The notes: a model not told the origin generated them from the sequence alone. Positions 23,001 through 35,810 are shown, numbered from the whole stretch's first letter. The stretch is 59,025 nt of DNA, filler included, from Trypethelium eluteriae (GCA_051942245.1; 4 parts of 4 records of this genome joined end to end with filler, not necessarily neighbours in it), one strand, 5' to 3'. Numbers and translations are program-made.

Positions 23001-26000
23001 CTTGAATCTTGCTCAAGCCAGAGATGACGGTACAACATCGAGAGCACACCAGTTCACACTGTCGAGCTTGAGACACGAAACAATATGAAAGAAGAGGCCG
23101 GGGGCTTCGTGTTCTTTCTAAGCCGCAAAAGAAGTGGAGTCTCGGCGAACAATTGACATGTATCGACCTTGACCTGCGCCCGCGAGAATGAGAAACTGCA
23201 AATATCACAATACATAGTAGAAACGAGCAAAGTAACTCCACCCACACGGGCGTTGGATCCCCCACATGTCTAGGGTGCCCAGTCCTTCGACAGCCTGATG
23301 GCCTGTTCCCACCGGATGAAATAGCCCTAGCAGGGGATCATGATTATTGACAATTGGATCCGTGTGTGACTGTGCTCTTCCCGCGTAGCTTCCTAGAGAC
23401 AGACGGGCAAAGCACGCAAGCACCGCAAGTATCGGGTGTATCGCACTGACAACATGACGATCATCGTGGGCGATGGATCCCGTTAGCCAACCTGCATACA
23501 GCTCCCAGGTGGCAGCCAGACCGGGGCACGTTGTTGCAAGATCTCGGATGTGCAGGGTCCTGCCAATCATTTTCTTCTGCTTGGCTGCGGGCCGTATCTA
23601 GGGCATGAAGTGCATCTGATTTCTCATCGGTAGGACATGCCCCCGATGAAGGGGTGGCTGTTTTAGGTCCTTGCACGCCGACCAAGCACCCAAGCTTGAA
23701 AGGTTCGCAACCAAATCTCGCCAATCGGAGAGTAGGGCTTGTGCCGAACGAGATGGCCCAAACTAAAGGCAAACGCCACTACGGAGGTAGGAAGTTTCGA
23801 TATAGAAACGGATCGAAAGCTTGTGGCTGCTGCGGCGGGGAATAATGTAGTTCGGGCGTTGGCTGGACTCAATCGCCCTGAGCCGCACAAAAGCGGCTGG
23901 GCCAGTTCGCTGCACGAAAAGAAGCTGAAGTGTTTCGCGCAGTTGTATGGAGTATGCCTCTGGCAATCTGCACATCGCCGTCATCATCTTCTAAAAACTA
24001 CCTACTCAAGTCAAGCGAGATAGCCCTTGAAGCGGGCCGTCATTGTCGAAGACCAGATCCTTCAGCCTCCAACACGGCGAAGCTATCATAATCCTAGTCT
24101 AGGCGTCCTGTCAATGCCTTTTCAGCTAGCCTGGGCTCTCGGTCTCTTTTCTTTTACTGGCTAAGAAGCATCTGCAAGATAGACTAAGCAGGGGTGCTTT
24201 CTTTGTGCGTCTTGTTGATACAGCTTGGTGGAGCTATGATAGTGGGCCCCGAGGGACCATTTGCGCAAGTACGGTAAGGTCCAGAGTACTCGACGTACAG
24301 AGTTGTTTTGGCTAATTTCTTCTACAATCTAGTGTTCTTGACTTCGTCTTGGAGTGATTGCGGGGTAGTCCAAAGATGGGATTCTAACAAGTTCCGTCGT
24401 CAGACCAAGTTATAGTGTTCCCATCTTGCTGTCAGTACCATGGTACGGAGTACATGTTGCATGATGCATGGTGCATCTGCAATTTTGCCGCGCGCGAGGT
24501 ACATCAAACACACCGATCTTTGATCCCACGGATACAGCCAAGCTGTCTGTATGTACGGCGTGTTCACGGAAGAACAGGGCCAGATGCAGACAAGCTTCAC
24601 CGGAAGCCGGAACTTATCCTTTCTCGCAGTTCGCTCCGCCTCGAATAGATGAGGTTCCCACTGTGGCTTTCTTTAACAGCATCAACCTCCTCCTTCCACG
24701 CGATGGAGGCTCCCTGCTAGGCTGAAAGCTTACTGTTCACATGTTTCGCGCCTTCCCGAGACACCTCTACTCGCTTTGACTGCCTTAAAGCTTCACCAGA
24801 CACAAGGGTTTTACATGTCAAATGCGTATCATTCAGTGATAGCAGACGGATCTCAACACATTCATGCTGTCCTGAAGGAGGGTGTCTCTTTATTTTTTCC
24901 TTTGGTGTCGACGAAAAATTATCAGACAAGTCTGCCTTCGAGTCGGGCGCCAGAATGATCCGTAACGCCAGCGCTCGACGCAGACAACGTGAGCGACGCA
25001 CTTTTGCTTTTTCTTCACGGACTCGCCCACGCAGTAGACCAGCATGACTCGCTGAATCGGGTGAAACCTCCCCCGGTCTCGTCGCCCTCGAAATTTCTGC
25101 GCCTATAGCAATTCGCCCGTGCGAGGGCGAATGCTGCCCTTGGGTTATCTACGCGATTTCGTAGCCACTTGTGACCATGCTAGAAACAGGCGTTTCTCAG
25201 ACACATCCACACTACATACCGTGAGTGGACGCACCTGAAGCACTAGGCTGCTGGTGAGCCAAATTATTACGCCCACATTCAGAAGTCCTGCGCGCAGCTT
25301 CTTCCTTCCAGCCCTCCACTCCTTGCTGGTCACGCCCACCTAAGCCTTGACTACCACGATAACCTGGTTGTCTTTCATAGCGTCCGGGCTGTGGGCCCGC
25401 CTCTTCTTGCTTTCTACGCTACCACGCTACCGTGCCCTACTCCGTAACGCGCCCTAATTACCAATGTGCCTTGCCCACGACGGATCTACGATTTGTCTCC
25501 CGAAAGTCCTGCCTAAGGCTAGCTCCTAGGCCTTCTTCGTCTTTGACACTTTGACACATACACCCTCACAGGCAGCCTTTCTTTACTTCTTTTCTCCGCC
25601 CTGCATGAGGCATGATTGGGCAGCAGGCCCATCTTTACGAACGCGCACCACGCGGCCAACTCGATCATGCGATCTGATTATCGGCATGTTGTGCTGTCTT
25701 TTAAGGGCAGCTGAAGGGCTGAAATACACTCCCCAGGCAGCGATCACAGATAACCACACAAGCGCTAAACAGAAAGCCCAAAAAATCTCATTTTCTATCA
25801 TTCGTGTTGCAAACTCGTTCAAATTCACTCGAGCGTGGCCATTGGACTTCTATTTAAGTTACCGCCTCCGGACATAAAGTTTTGAGGAATAGCTCAACAA
25901 AGTCGGCCCTAGTTCGTAAGGCATTTTGTTTGAGACGGATTTCTTCCTTCTCTTCTGTCTGAAGCTTTTGATGCGACGCGATTGCAAAACGTTTTTTTGG

Positions 26001-26008
26001 TGCTCCTC

Positions 26009-26903
26009 CTAATGCTTGTCGTGCGCATTGCCAGACCTAACCTCTCCGCCGCCTTTGATCTTCTCATCGTCGCGGTCTATGCGAGGCCCTTTGCCCACAT
26101 TTTCTGAAGAGCCCGAATTTGAAACTTCGAGATCATCACCCTCGATGCGAATATTGTCTCCCCGATTTCCTAGCACGCTCTTTGCTTTTTCCTGGAGTTT
26201 AGCGTCTTCACACTGAATATCGGGAGTCCCAGCATAACCATTACCCACGACCATACGGGCGGAAGTGCCGACCGCTGAACGCCTCGCGTTGATAGTAGCT
26301 CCTCTAGGAGGGGCCTGAATGGCTCAATCAGCTCTAATCAAGAATAATCCTTGCTGCATTCACCTTTTCAGTCGAAGATTCCGATTTATTTCCCATTTTC
26401 TCTTCCTTGTCGACACACTCTGCCGGTGCTTGTTGAACGATGGTGCCGCTCCCAAGTCGGTAGCCTGGCCCCCCAAAGTTCGAAGTCATCCGCGCAATAT
26501 CAACCTGAATCTGGCTCAAGGTATGATGGTTTCTTTCCGAGATGTGTAGATGGAGAAGATCTCTCTTGGCGCTGAGTGAAGTAAATGCCTCAGAAAGCGC
26601 TTCGCGTTTGGTGAAGAGCGCCCAATGCAGACCGAATAACCCTCTTCTTTCGAGCAGGCTGTGGATTTTGCACGCAAGCGTTGAAATATCTACCAAGAGC
26701 GGCAGAATTACTCTTTGTTGGAAGCTCTCTTGGTTACGAACACGGTCAATAATATTCAGAAGGATGGAGATATTTAGGCTTTGATCAGAGAACGCCGTCG
26801 GACCATTCCGTACCGCTTTATACAGTTGCCATAAATGCTGACAGGCAGATTTGCAGTAAGCCGCAAGTTGAGCAATGCTTGCAGTGGCCCCAACGATATC
26901 CAT
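26009..26903 (-). CDS. HeLo-like (Helo_like_N/SesA-type) helical-domain protein with four C-terminal HET-s-like amyloid repeats, 281 aa
   Basis: Exon 1 26903-26364, a 49-nt intron (GTGAAT...GCTGAT...CAG) and exon 2 26314-26009 join in frame. The N-terminus MDIVGATASIAQLAAYCKSACQHLWQLYKAVRNGP fits fungal NLR/effector N-terminal helical domains. The C-terminus has 18-19-aa repeats ending GN/GK. Confidence 0.75.
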
Positions 26904-28387
26904 CTGGGCGCGCGGGATGTCGTGGGCATTTAGTCTGGATAAAAAACAAGACCAGCAATTCTGCCTCGAGTGTGCAGGCAGCAAGGCACGCAAAGGCAAG
27001 CGGGCGCAACGTTCTTTGGACTTGGCTTGCATTTTCGCCCGACATGCCCGCCTTCACCGAATACATCGCAACAAGAAAAGTTTTTCTTTGGATCACTACG
27101 ACTGTTCTATAGACTCAAGTCTGACGAGGAAATACCTTTCTCCGTTTACTTATTGAACCGGCCATCATCAAATTCTGACTAGACATGACCTACAGGACTA
27201 CATGAGGTTTTGGGACGGTCCGCGATATGTCACGCTCTCGATCTTCACCTAGGATACGCACGCGAAGGCGAAGTTCTGCCACAGTGACTGTAAACCAGGT
27301 CGATTATAAATTCTATGTTCACCGATTGCCCTTCTGGGTCACCCCCAGACTTCATGCTGGTGTCATGCCTTTCGCCCTGCTACGTGTGAACATTGTACAG
27401 GCTAATGCCATGTCAGCGCCCTGTTGTTAAAGCAAGCTGGTATAGAGAAGCTATCCGAAAGGCAGCCTGTCCGAACAAAGATTGATGATCAAGCCGGAAC
27501 AAGGCACTCTTCGAGAAAACTTTGATATAATATCGAATACATGGTATGCGCGATTTTCCTTAACATTAAGATGCCTTATAGCCTTGTGGTTTTTCAGCTC
27601 CTTCCCCGCTTCAGATCAATCGTTCCAGAACTGGGGTATTTTATCTTGTACAATTCCTTACGATCCTGAAGATTGAGCGCGTCACAATGTTGTCTCTTAT
27701 CTTAAGTGAAATGCATACCTTCCTGTCCATGCTCTACGAATGAAGCAAAGTAAAGCTCGTCGCCAGCATAACTTTGTTATATCGTAATGGAACTTCAAGT
27801 GCTCAGGACTTGACGCGCAGCTTGGCGGCTCACTACGTACCAGTACTGTGCAGATCTAACTTATTTGGCAGATGAGGCACATTCCACAACGGCTCGTGCA
27901 CAGAGTGGATGTCAGTATGGCTATCGGTTCGGAGGAGGGCAGCGTTGGCACGAGACCACGATACTTCCCATCTATGAGATGATGTCAACATGGGTGAGTG
28001 GAGGCTGCATGGCAAAGATCGGAACAAGATAAGTCTCCAGGTACATCTCGCTGTACATACTCAGCACGAGGTCAGAGACTGGGCAATGATTTCTCGTTTA
28101 GCCCTCTATGCCACATGCACAGCCCTATGCACCCTTTAGCGCAAGCGAGAAGGCGATTTGGTATCGGATTTACCAAACGAGCGGCCCTCCATGCTTAGCC
28201 ACGTTTATTTGTTGCTCGTTGTCTGGTATTCTGGGTGGTGGGTCTTGATCATCGCCCAGGCATCAGTGCTATGTACATCTTATAGGATAGGGGAGGGTCG
28301 CCTCTCTGAACTCATCACAATTGCCCAAAGAAATTCATTCTGCTCGTTACACTGCCTACAAATTAACATCTTCACCAATTTCTTGCA

Positions 28388-29030
28388 ATGTCTCGTGAAG
28401 CATCAACTGTCGTGGACGCCCCCGATACCCAAGCCAGTGGTAATGCCCAGCTGACGTATGGAAACTCTGTTGATAGGTCCCAACGGAATTCTAATGTAAT
28501 TGTCAACTCGCTGGAAATGGTCGCTGGAGACTTGCCTACTGCTGAGGCACTGGAAAATCATGCAAGCGGCAAGCATCAACGGACCCGGCGAAACACGTTG
28601 ACCAAATTCCGAGACAATCCCGTCTTGCTACTCATTTCCCTGGCCATTCTCCTCATCATCGTAGTCGCCCTGGTGTTGGGAATTGTAGTGCCCATGGAAC
28701 TCTTTCGTGGATCCAACGCGCAAGGGCAAAAACATATATCTACCCCTAGTATTGTGAGATATTTGAAACCTTTCAATTTCTGTCCCACGAATTAACAAGG
28801 TTGGTGCCCGACAGTCTGCTACGTTCCACCCTTCGAATGCCATGACCGGCGCCGGTTTCAATACATCATCACAATTGCCTCCTGGTCTTACCACCTCGTG
28901 GCTCCCAACTGCTTCTACGGATGGCGCTGCCCCCCTGACTTCTTCTTTTACGCCTTATATGACAACTTCATACACCAAAGGCTGCGCTGGATGTACCTCC
29001 GTTGATTCAATGAGGAGGCTTGCTATCTAA
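28388..29030 (+). CDS. Single-pass membrane protein with an N-terminal HET-s-like motif and a Ser/Thr-rich C-terminal region
   Basis: Residues 9-26 read VDAPDTQASGNAQLTYGN. A basic patch KHQRTRRNTLTKFR precedes a 23-aa hydrophobic helix (aa 79-101). Intron 28754-28814 joins in frame to the 28842-29030 ORF. The 3' end is uncertain; Cys-rich exons may extend to about 29213. Confidence 0.7.
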
Positions 29031-29504
29031 GGTTTCGGAGCCGGGGCGAACTCTGGGTGTTAGTACTCTAACGTCGACTAATGAGATATGGCCTGTTGGG
29101 AATTACCTGCTATTCACCTACTTTATGATCTATACTACGTAGGAAGCTACTATACATATTGTTGCAAGTATTGCATGTCGCAAGTGTCTGCCAAAGGTGC
29201 CGCCACAAGCTAAGGATCAACCTATTACCATCCATGAAGTAGAACTTCTCTATAAGGTGCAATGTCTATCACCTGCAACGTCAAACCTACCAGGGGGATG
29301 AAGAACAAGGCCTCTTGCCTAAGTACCGCATCGCCACAATCCAGGTATCTGTCGTGCAACCACCATTCACCACCCCAACTTCTCCAACAACAACTTTCGC
29401 TCTCTGTCAAGCGGCAGCCCTACATCCCAATCTACCCAGAAGCCAGTTTGGGAGCCGCATTCTGCACAACACCATCGCCACCCTCACCCTCACCCTCACC
29501 ACCT

Positions 29505-29604
29505 NNNNNNNNNNNNNNNNNNNNNNNNNNNNNNNNNNNNNNNNNNNNTTAATTAATTAANNNNNNNNNNNNNNNNNNNNNNNNNNNNNNNNNNNNNNNN
29601 NNNN
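29505..29604. other. Artificial scaffold linker
   Basis: 44 N + TTAATTAATTAA + 44 N. Confidence 0.99.
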
Positions 29605-30887
29605 CCAGTGGGGAGGGGGGTGGAGGTGGAGGTGGAGGTGGAGCGGGTGTGGGTGATGCTGTAGAAGGAGTCTTTTGGTGAGGGCCCGAAAGTGATTGTG
29701 GTGGCGTCGGATGAGGAGGCCGATGAGCTGGAGGAGAAGGGAGACTTGGATTTTGATGGAGCTGGGATGGGACGGTGAAGGGGCAGATTGAAGGTGCGAA
29801 GGCAGCCCTTAGTTTCTTGGCCGTTGGCGGCATCCCAGAGTAAGGGGAGAGATGCCGACGCCGAAGCGCTGGGCGCGGGTGCTGGATTCGTCTTCGAAGC
29901 CTCGGGAGAATAGGGCGCTTTGCTGACTGCTTGGCGCGGTACTGTTTGTGGTGGGAGATGCATTGGTTGATATTGTTGCTGGGATAGTGGCTTGCTTGTA
30001 TCATACGTAGGAAAGATGGACCGCATCGGGATGCCCTCGGGACTTAGAGGTGTGTTTATCGCGCTATTGTCCTTGACCAAGGTAGGACTCATGGATCGAA
30101 CCGATGGGATGTCGGAGAATGCAGGGGAAAGGGCCACATTGCGGCTTCGTGTTGATACTGGTGATGTCGTCTTTGCCCGCTGCGACGCAGTACGTCTTGG
30201 TGCGGATGGTGATATTGCCGAATCTGCTGTTATGGCATGGGGTCCTTCGACGGGAGATTTGCCCTTGCTTCTTACAGATGCAGCCCTTCTTGGGACTGGT
30301 TCACCGGTAAGCGAATCGGCGCGCTCCCGACTAGGAGTGTCCATATCTGATACAACAGGAGAAAATGCGACCGTCTTCTTCTGTGGGCTTGAGGTAGGTG
30401 ACTCGCCGGTTCTTCGTAATGAAGCTTTTCGATCTGGTGTATATGCCTTTGGTGGAGGCGTGATACAAGACCGTTCAGGTGTAGCTTCTCTTTTGCGCTG
30501 ATTTCGAGGCGAAGTCCGAGCGGAGGGTGGAGTTTTTGAGCGTGGTGGCGTCGAAGACCGAGGTGGTGATGCTGAATTTTCCTGTCGAGCGATTTCATCT
30601 GAAATACGCCGTCTAATAAGCTCGGCAGAATGCTTCAGTGAACTTGTTCGCGGAGGAAAAGCAACATCAACGGCCTCTGAATGTTCATGTTTTGTTGATG
30701 ATGCGCTATCTGCGGTGACCTTGATGACGACTTGCTGCAATTCTGACGACTTTGAGGGAGTTGTCGCACTTTGTGGTGCGTTTCGGGGCCGTCCTGAACT
30801 TAAAGCACGTTGAATATCTAGACTTAATTTCCGAGTTGGTTCTTTTGGGGGAGATGGAAATAACTGGAGTGGACTTGACGAAGGCAT
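29605..30887 (-). CDS. Pro/Ser-rich fungal protein, interrupted by gap
   Basis: Open frame of more than 420 codons with a conserved-looking block MRSIFPTYDTSKPLSQQQYQP. A minus-strand coding tail (GEGEGEG...KLASG*) at 29432-29504 across the gap may be its C-terminus. Confidence 0.75.
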
Positions 30888-31782
30888 GTTCGCCGAGTTG
30901 ATCTTGTCCTGATCTTTAGCTGCCAAGGACCTTATTTTTGGTTTATGTGCAGCTTGTGTCGGGGAAGCAGATCGACAGCATAAAATAACTGAAAGGGGGT
31001 TCCGTACAGTGGCATAGATCAGACCTGCTTCCCTATATGTATCGACAAACTCCTCTGAAGCAACTGAGACGCGACCTACCTACCCGCCGAGAAGCAATAG
31101 CGGCAACCAGGACGGGACCTTGCAGCCGAAAAACGACCATGACATTCTTACGAACGAATAAGGGTTGGCTTCAAGAACCCAATGATATCTCATACATGGG
31201 TAGTAATGACAAGGGAAAGGCATCTACTCGCCGTCTTATTCGCGGATGGCGTAAGCGCCCCCAATTCTTAAGCGCCCATGCACAAACCTACAAACAACGT
31301 GCGGCCGCCTTCGAGACCGTTCATCACGTCCATACCCCGGCCGTGCGGTTGGAGGCGTGCGGTCCGTCGCTGGCCTCGTGGAGCTACTGCAAGTCAAGAG
31401 CAGGACAGGCGCTTCGAAGGATCTTGCACGCATTGCCCAACTAGAACAGGCTGGGCCAGGTTGAAGGACATCCCAACAATGCGACTGTGAGTGCAACATC
31501 TCGCTGATGCATGCAATGCTGAGCAGTTGCATGCCTGTAGAAAGGGCGAAGGAATGCCGCCCGAGAGAACGTCTAGATAGAAAAGCATGCAGATGTTGGA
31601 AGCTTGGTGTAAGATGGAAACCGGGACTTCACTCATCGCTGAAAAGAACCTGGACCTGAAAGACCTGGAATTTGGTCCGTGCGAGAATGATGAGATAAGC
31701 GAGTCTGCCAGGTATGGTAAAAATACTCCTCCTCAAGGCATCAAATCGAGCATGCCGAGTATCCAATTTTAGACGCTATATC

Positions 31783-33098
31783 ATGCCAACGGAGCTTGAG
31801 GAAGTCAGAAACTACTATCAAGTCCACAGAGATGTATTGAGCTAATGAGTGTGGGCTAGCTGGTGGAATTCCTTCATCATGGCAACACCCAGGTTCGGCA
31901 GATCGGTCAGCATCAATATATTGTGGGAGAAGTAAATAGAATATTGATGGACTTCTTTTAGCTGCAGAGAATCTCGTGGGCTACTCAACAGCTCAGCCGG
32001 ACATCTTCAAAGCTGGACAATTGACCCCGGTGAAAGACTTGAAACTTCTAATAAAAGATTATCCGGTATGGTCTCGATCATTCTCCACGAATGACCAGAT
32101 CAAGAAGTCGAAAACACTAACATTATGTAAATTATCAAGCCTATCGCAAAGAACGCACTTACTATTCTTGTAAATATCTCTGGGGACCTGGAGGTCCTCA
32201 AGACCCTAGCCGAAGATGACGCCTTTCTGGAATCCCTGCTATTACGGATAACAGTATGTCAGTTTTCTAACAGCTCGTCATCTCCACATCTTCATATCTA
32301 TGCTGAGAATATTATTAGAGCGACAAAGAGCCAAATGCCAACGAAATGGGCATGCTTCTTGCCAATATGGCAAAGTGGGACTCTATCAAGCGTCTGCTCA
32401 AATTAAAACGCGATCTTCCGAAATCCCTATCGACGTCGAGTAATGCCATGGATCAACTCATGGACTGCTTTGTTAAGGGTGCCGAAGGTCGTTACAACAA
32501 GAATGCCAATTACGACTACATCTCTTACTTTCTCGCTGACATGGCCAAGCACGCCGAAGGGCGTCAATACTTTGTTACGCCCCGAAAGGGTGACAACGAC
32601 ATCGTCCCCCTGACCAAACTCATCGTTTTCACAGAACATACCTCTGAGATACGTAGACGAGGTGCTGCATCTACTATCAAGAACGTAGCCTTTGATATCG
32701 CTTCCCATCCCAAGCTGATGTCATCCGCGGACATCAACATCTTACCATACCTACTCCTTCCTCTTATGGGCTCGGAAGATTACTCGGATGAAGATACAGA
32801 GGGCATGCTTGAGGAGTGTCAGCTTCTGCCGCCAGATAAGCAGCGTGATGCCGACGCGCAGATCTTGGCTACGCATTTGGAGACACTGCTCTTGCTAACT
32901 ACAAACGGCGAAGGGCGAGATGTGCTAAGAGGCATTAAGACATACCCCATCGTACGGGAGCTCCATCTTCAGGTCAATGATGAAGGTGTAAAAGAGGGGT
33001 GCGATAGGTTGGTACAGGTGCTCATGAGAGATGAAGAAGGTGGGGAAAAGAAAGTAGAGGAAATAGATGAGGACGAGCAGATCATAGAAGTTTTGTAA
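31783..33098 (+). CDS. HGH1: Hgh1 (FAM203; DUF383/DUF384), eEF2 chaperone
   Basis: Exons MPTELEE | LVEFLHHGNTQVRQI | AAENLVGYS... | PIAKNALTILVNIS... | ...MDQLMDCFVKG...IRRRGAASTIKNVAF...CDRLVQVLMRDE. Confidence 0.92.
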
Positions 33099-33366
33099 TT
33101 GCTCCTAAGTCAATCAGAGTTCTGTGTTCCTCGAAGATGGAGGCTACCTCTGCCATTCTAAAGCTCCCATGCGCTGCTGCTAATTACCGTGTCAAACCGC
33201 CTTAGGCACCTCGCTAATCGTTGTAAAGACTAATCTCATGAAACCACCTTTGCTGATCTTTACTCTAACAATGCCTCGTCGCCCATCACAATGGCTCTGC
33301 TGATAATTCAATTCACCAACTCAAGTAATCTGCTCGTTCCCTAGCCTCAACTCACCCGAGCAGAAA

Positions 33367-35810
33367 TCAAGCACCCCTGGGGAAAAGTATGGTCTGGCCG
33401 TCAGGTGTCTTCTGCATCCTCACATTCTGCCGAATCAGACTGATAAACGCAGCCTTATCCTGCGCCATACTAGAGCGGAACATATTTATGACCTCCTTCA
33501 TCGAAGTACCCGCAGGGGAAATCGCGGCCTTGATTTCTTCGCCGGTAGGAAGGGGACGAGCAGCTATTGCGAGACGGGGAGAGTCAGCTTCAAGAACCTA
33601 AAGTGGGGAGCACGAGATCATGTGGGAAAACTCTCTTATCATCCCTGATCAAGACGATCAGAAAGAGAGAAAGGATGAGAGAGACTTACGAGTCATGGCA
33701 GGACTACCCGCACGACTGCCACCAGCGGATGCTGGCGCCGCCACCGCACCTCCAGCCGACACAGGCGCAGCTGGACTGCCAGCCCTCGATGCATCTGGGC
33801 TCCTACCCCCCAGCTTAAGCTTGAGTTTCTTCTTCCGCTGTCCATCCGTCTCAGTATCGCTTCCCGACCCTGCCGGCCTTCCCTTACGCTTCTTCCCTTC
33901 ATTGTCCGTGCCGCCGGCGACTTCTGGGCTCATCGGACGAGGGCTCATCGGACGCGAGTTGGGTGCTGTAGTAGGCATATTCGTGACTGCTAGCTTGTCG
34001 TGCTTCTTCTTAGGCTTCTTGCGGGATGACTCGTTGCCATCAGTCTCGGAGAGGTTGGGGGAGCCCGGGCGCTTGAGACTCGAGGAGGAAGGCAGGCGCT
34101 CAGGCGCAGTAGGATGCTTGGATGGGCGGCCAGAGGGCGTGTTGCTGCCTTTGGGAGTGTTGGTGCCACTGCCACGGCCGGAGGCGGGCTTAGAAGAGGA
34201 TGGCTTGCCGTCATGTTTGGAGCTTTCTTCAAGACGAGCTTTATCGGTGGATTCCTTTTCCTTCTGCTTGGCTTCTTCCTCCAGTCGTTGGCGCTCGGTT
34301 TCCGAGTCGGAGGATTCAGACTGCTTCAAGTGAGCGACGAATGCTTACAATGCAACAGGAAATGCTTCGGTGACGGTAATAAAAGCGTCCATAGCGAACG
34401 TAGAGGAAAAGATGTGTGATGGTGGGTAAAGAAGGTGCAACTTACGGTGTCTGAATATGGATTTTTGTCACTGTCATCCGACCCGTACAGGTTCGACGTG
34501 TGTTCCGCCTTCCGCAGCGCCTTCCGTGTGGCTTTCTCCAGTTTCCTCCGCTCTTCCTTGTCTAGTTTCGCTTTCGCATCCTCTGCATCAAAGTCCTTCT
34601 CCTCTTTGAGATCTTTGAAGATGTTTGCTTCCTTCTGTTCGCGAGTAATCCTCCTTTCGGCTTCCTTCTCAATCTCTTCGTCATCGAACAGCGGATTCTC
34701 CTCGTCGTCTTGGAATTCATCTTTCGCGTCAAAATCGAGGTCATTCTCGTCGGCGACCATTTCACCCATCTCATCCTCATCCCCGCCTCCGCGTCGACCA
34801 GGTCGCTCTCCACGTTCACCTCGCCTCAATAGTAGTCTTTGTGGTCTACTGTTCCTAAGCTGTTCCTCTTGCTTTGCCCTGATTTTGGCTTCACGGACAA
34901 ATTTTGGATCCGAAACGCCCTTTGCCATCCTTGCTTCTGCTTCTTCTGCGCTGAGAACCTTATGTTTGGCCTTTTGGTTGAATTTGTACCACTTCTCGAT
35001 TGGCACCATTCGAAAGCGTCCTTCTTCTGGGACAAATACAACAAAGGCCTCAGACATGGGTGCCTCGTAGCTGCCGACCCAACAATTTTTGTAATCAAAA
35101 TCCTCTAGGTGCCACGGCATGGTTTCTTCATAACGGAGCTGGGAGCGTTTCTTGGCTTCAAGATTGTCGTGCGAACGATACACTTGCTCGATCTTCTTAT
35201 TGAACTCGCGCTTCTTTGGGTTTGCCTTCGTGTTCGGCGCAATCTGTGCCTGATTTGCTTCGCGTATAGCTTGCCGCTCTGCCTTTCGCTGCTCTTCCAG
35301 CTTCCGTTCTGGATCCTCGTCGTTATCTTCGGCGTCACCATCTTGCGCATTCGCATCACCAGGTTGCAGGCGTGGATTGCGCCGATGCAGACGTATTGGT
35401 CTTGTGAAAGTAGTCTCATTGTAAATGTCGATATCTTTATCCTTTCGGACCTGTAACCTTATTGCGTGGTGTCTGATTCCATTCAGAAATGCGCGCTTCG
35501 TTGTGACAACTGGGAACTCCTTGTCTGGAGGGCCAAGGTCTTCTTCCTTCTCGGTAGGCTCATTGGCTAACGCAGGTTGCGGTGTTGCGGTTCGCGACTG
35601 AGAGGTAGGGCGTAGTGCACCATGCGAGACAAGAGGTGAAGTTCCATTTGCTTTCGGGATCGGGCGACTGGGAGGAGGTAGAGGCTTCCGCCCTCCAGTG
35701 CGTGATGTAGGTACTAGAGGATTGTTCTTACGCTTCTTTGGGACGAAGACTGACGGGAGGCCGCCGTTGGGGGTTCGCCCCGAAGGGGGTCCAGCAGGAG
35801 AGGCACTCAT
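33367..35810 (-). CDS. TFG1: TFIIF large subunit (Tfg1/RAP74)
   Basis: Motifs FTRPIRLHRR, RYEETMPWHLEDFD...WVGSYE and FRMVPIEKWYKF, an acidic/charged middle and a short C-terminal winged-helix-like exon (PTGEEIKAAISPAG...). Two introns. Confidence 0.92.

Noticed and set aside
21044..26009. Functional link between the GprK-like receptor and the amyloid module
   Set aside because: GprK-like genes are widely conserved, lie 3 kb away and share no motif. Adjacency alone is insufficient.
26904..28387. An NLR (NACHT/NB-ARC) gene expected next to the HeLo-like effector
   Set aside because: No P-loop ORF or WD/ANK/TPR repeats were found here or elsewhere on this contig; only short spurious ORFs.
33620..35456. 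Long antisense ORFs over TFG1, and similar ones over the hydrolase, lipin, TAF9 and the 53.6-kb gene
   Set aside because: Shadow frames arising from codon bias of the real genes.
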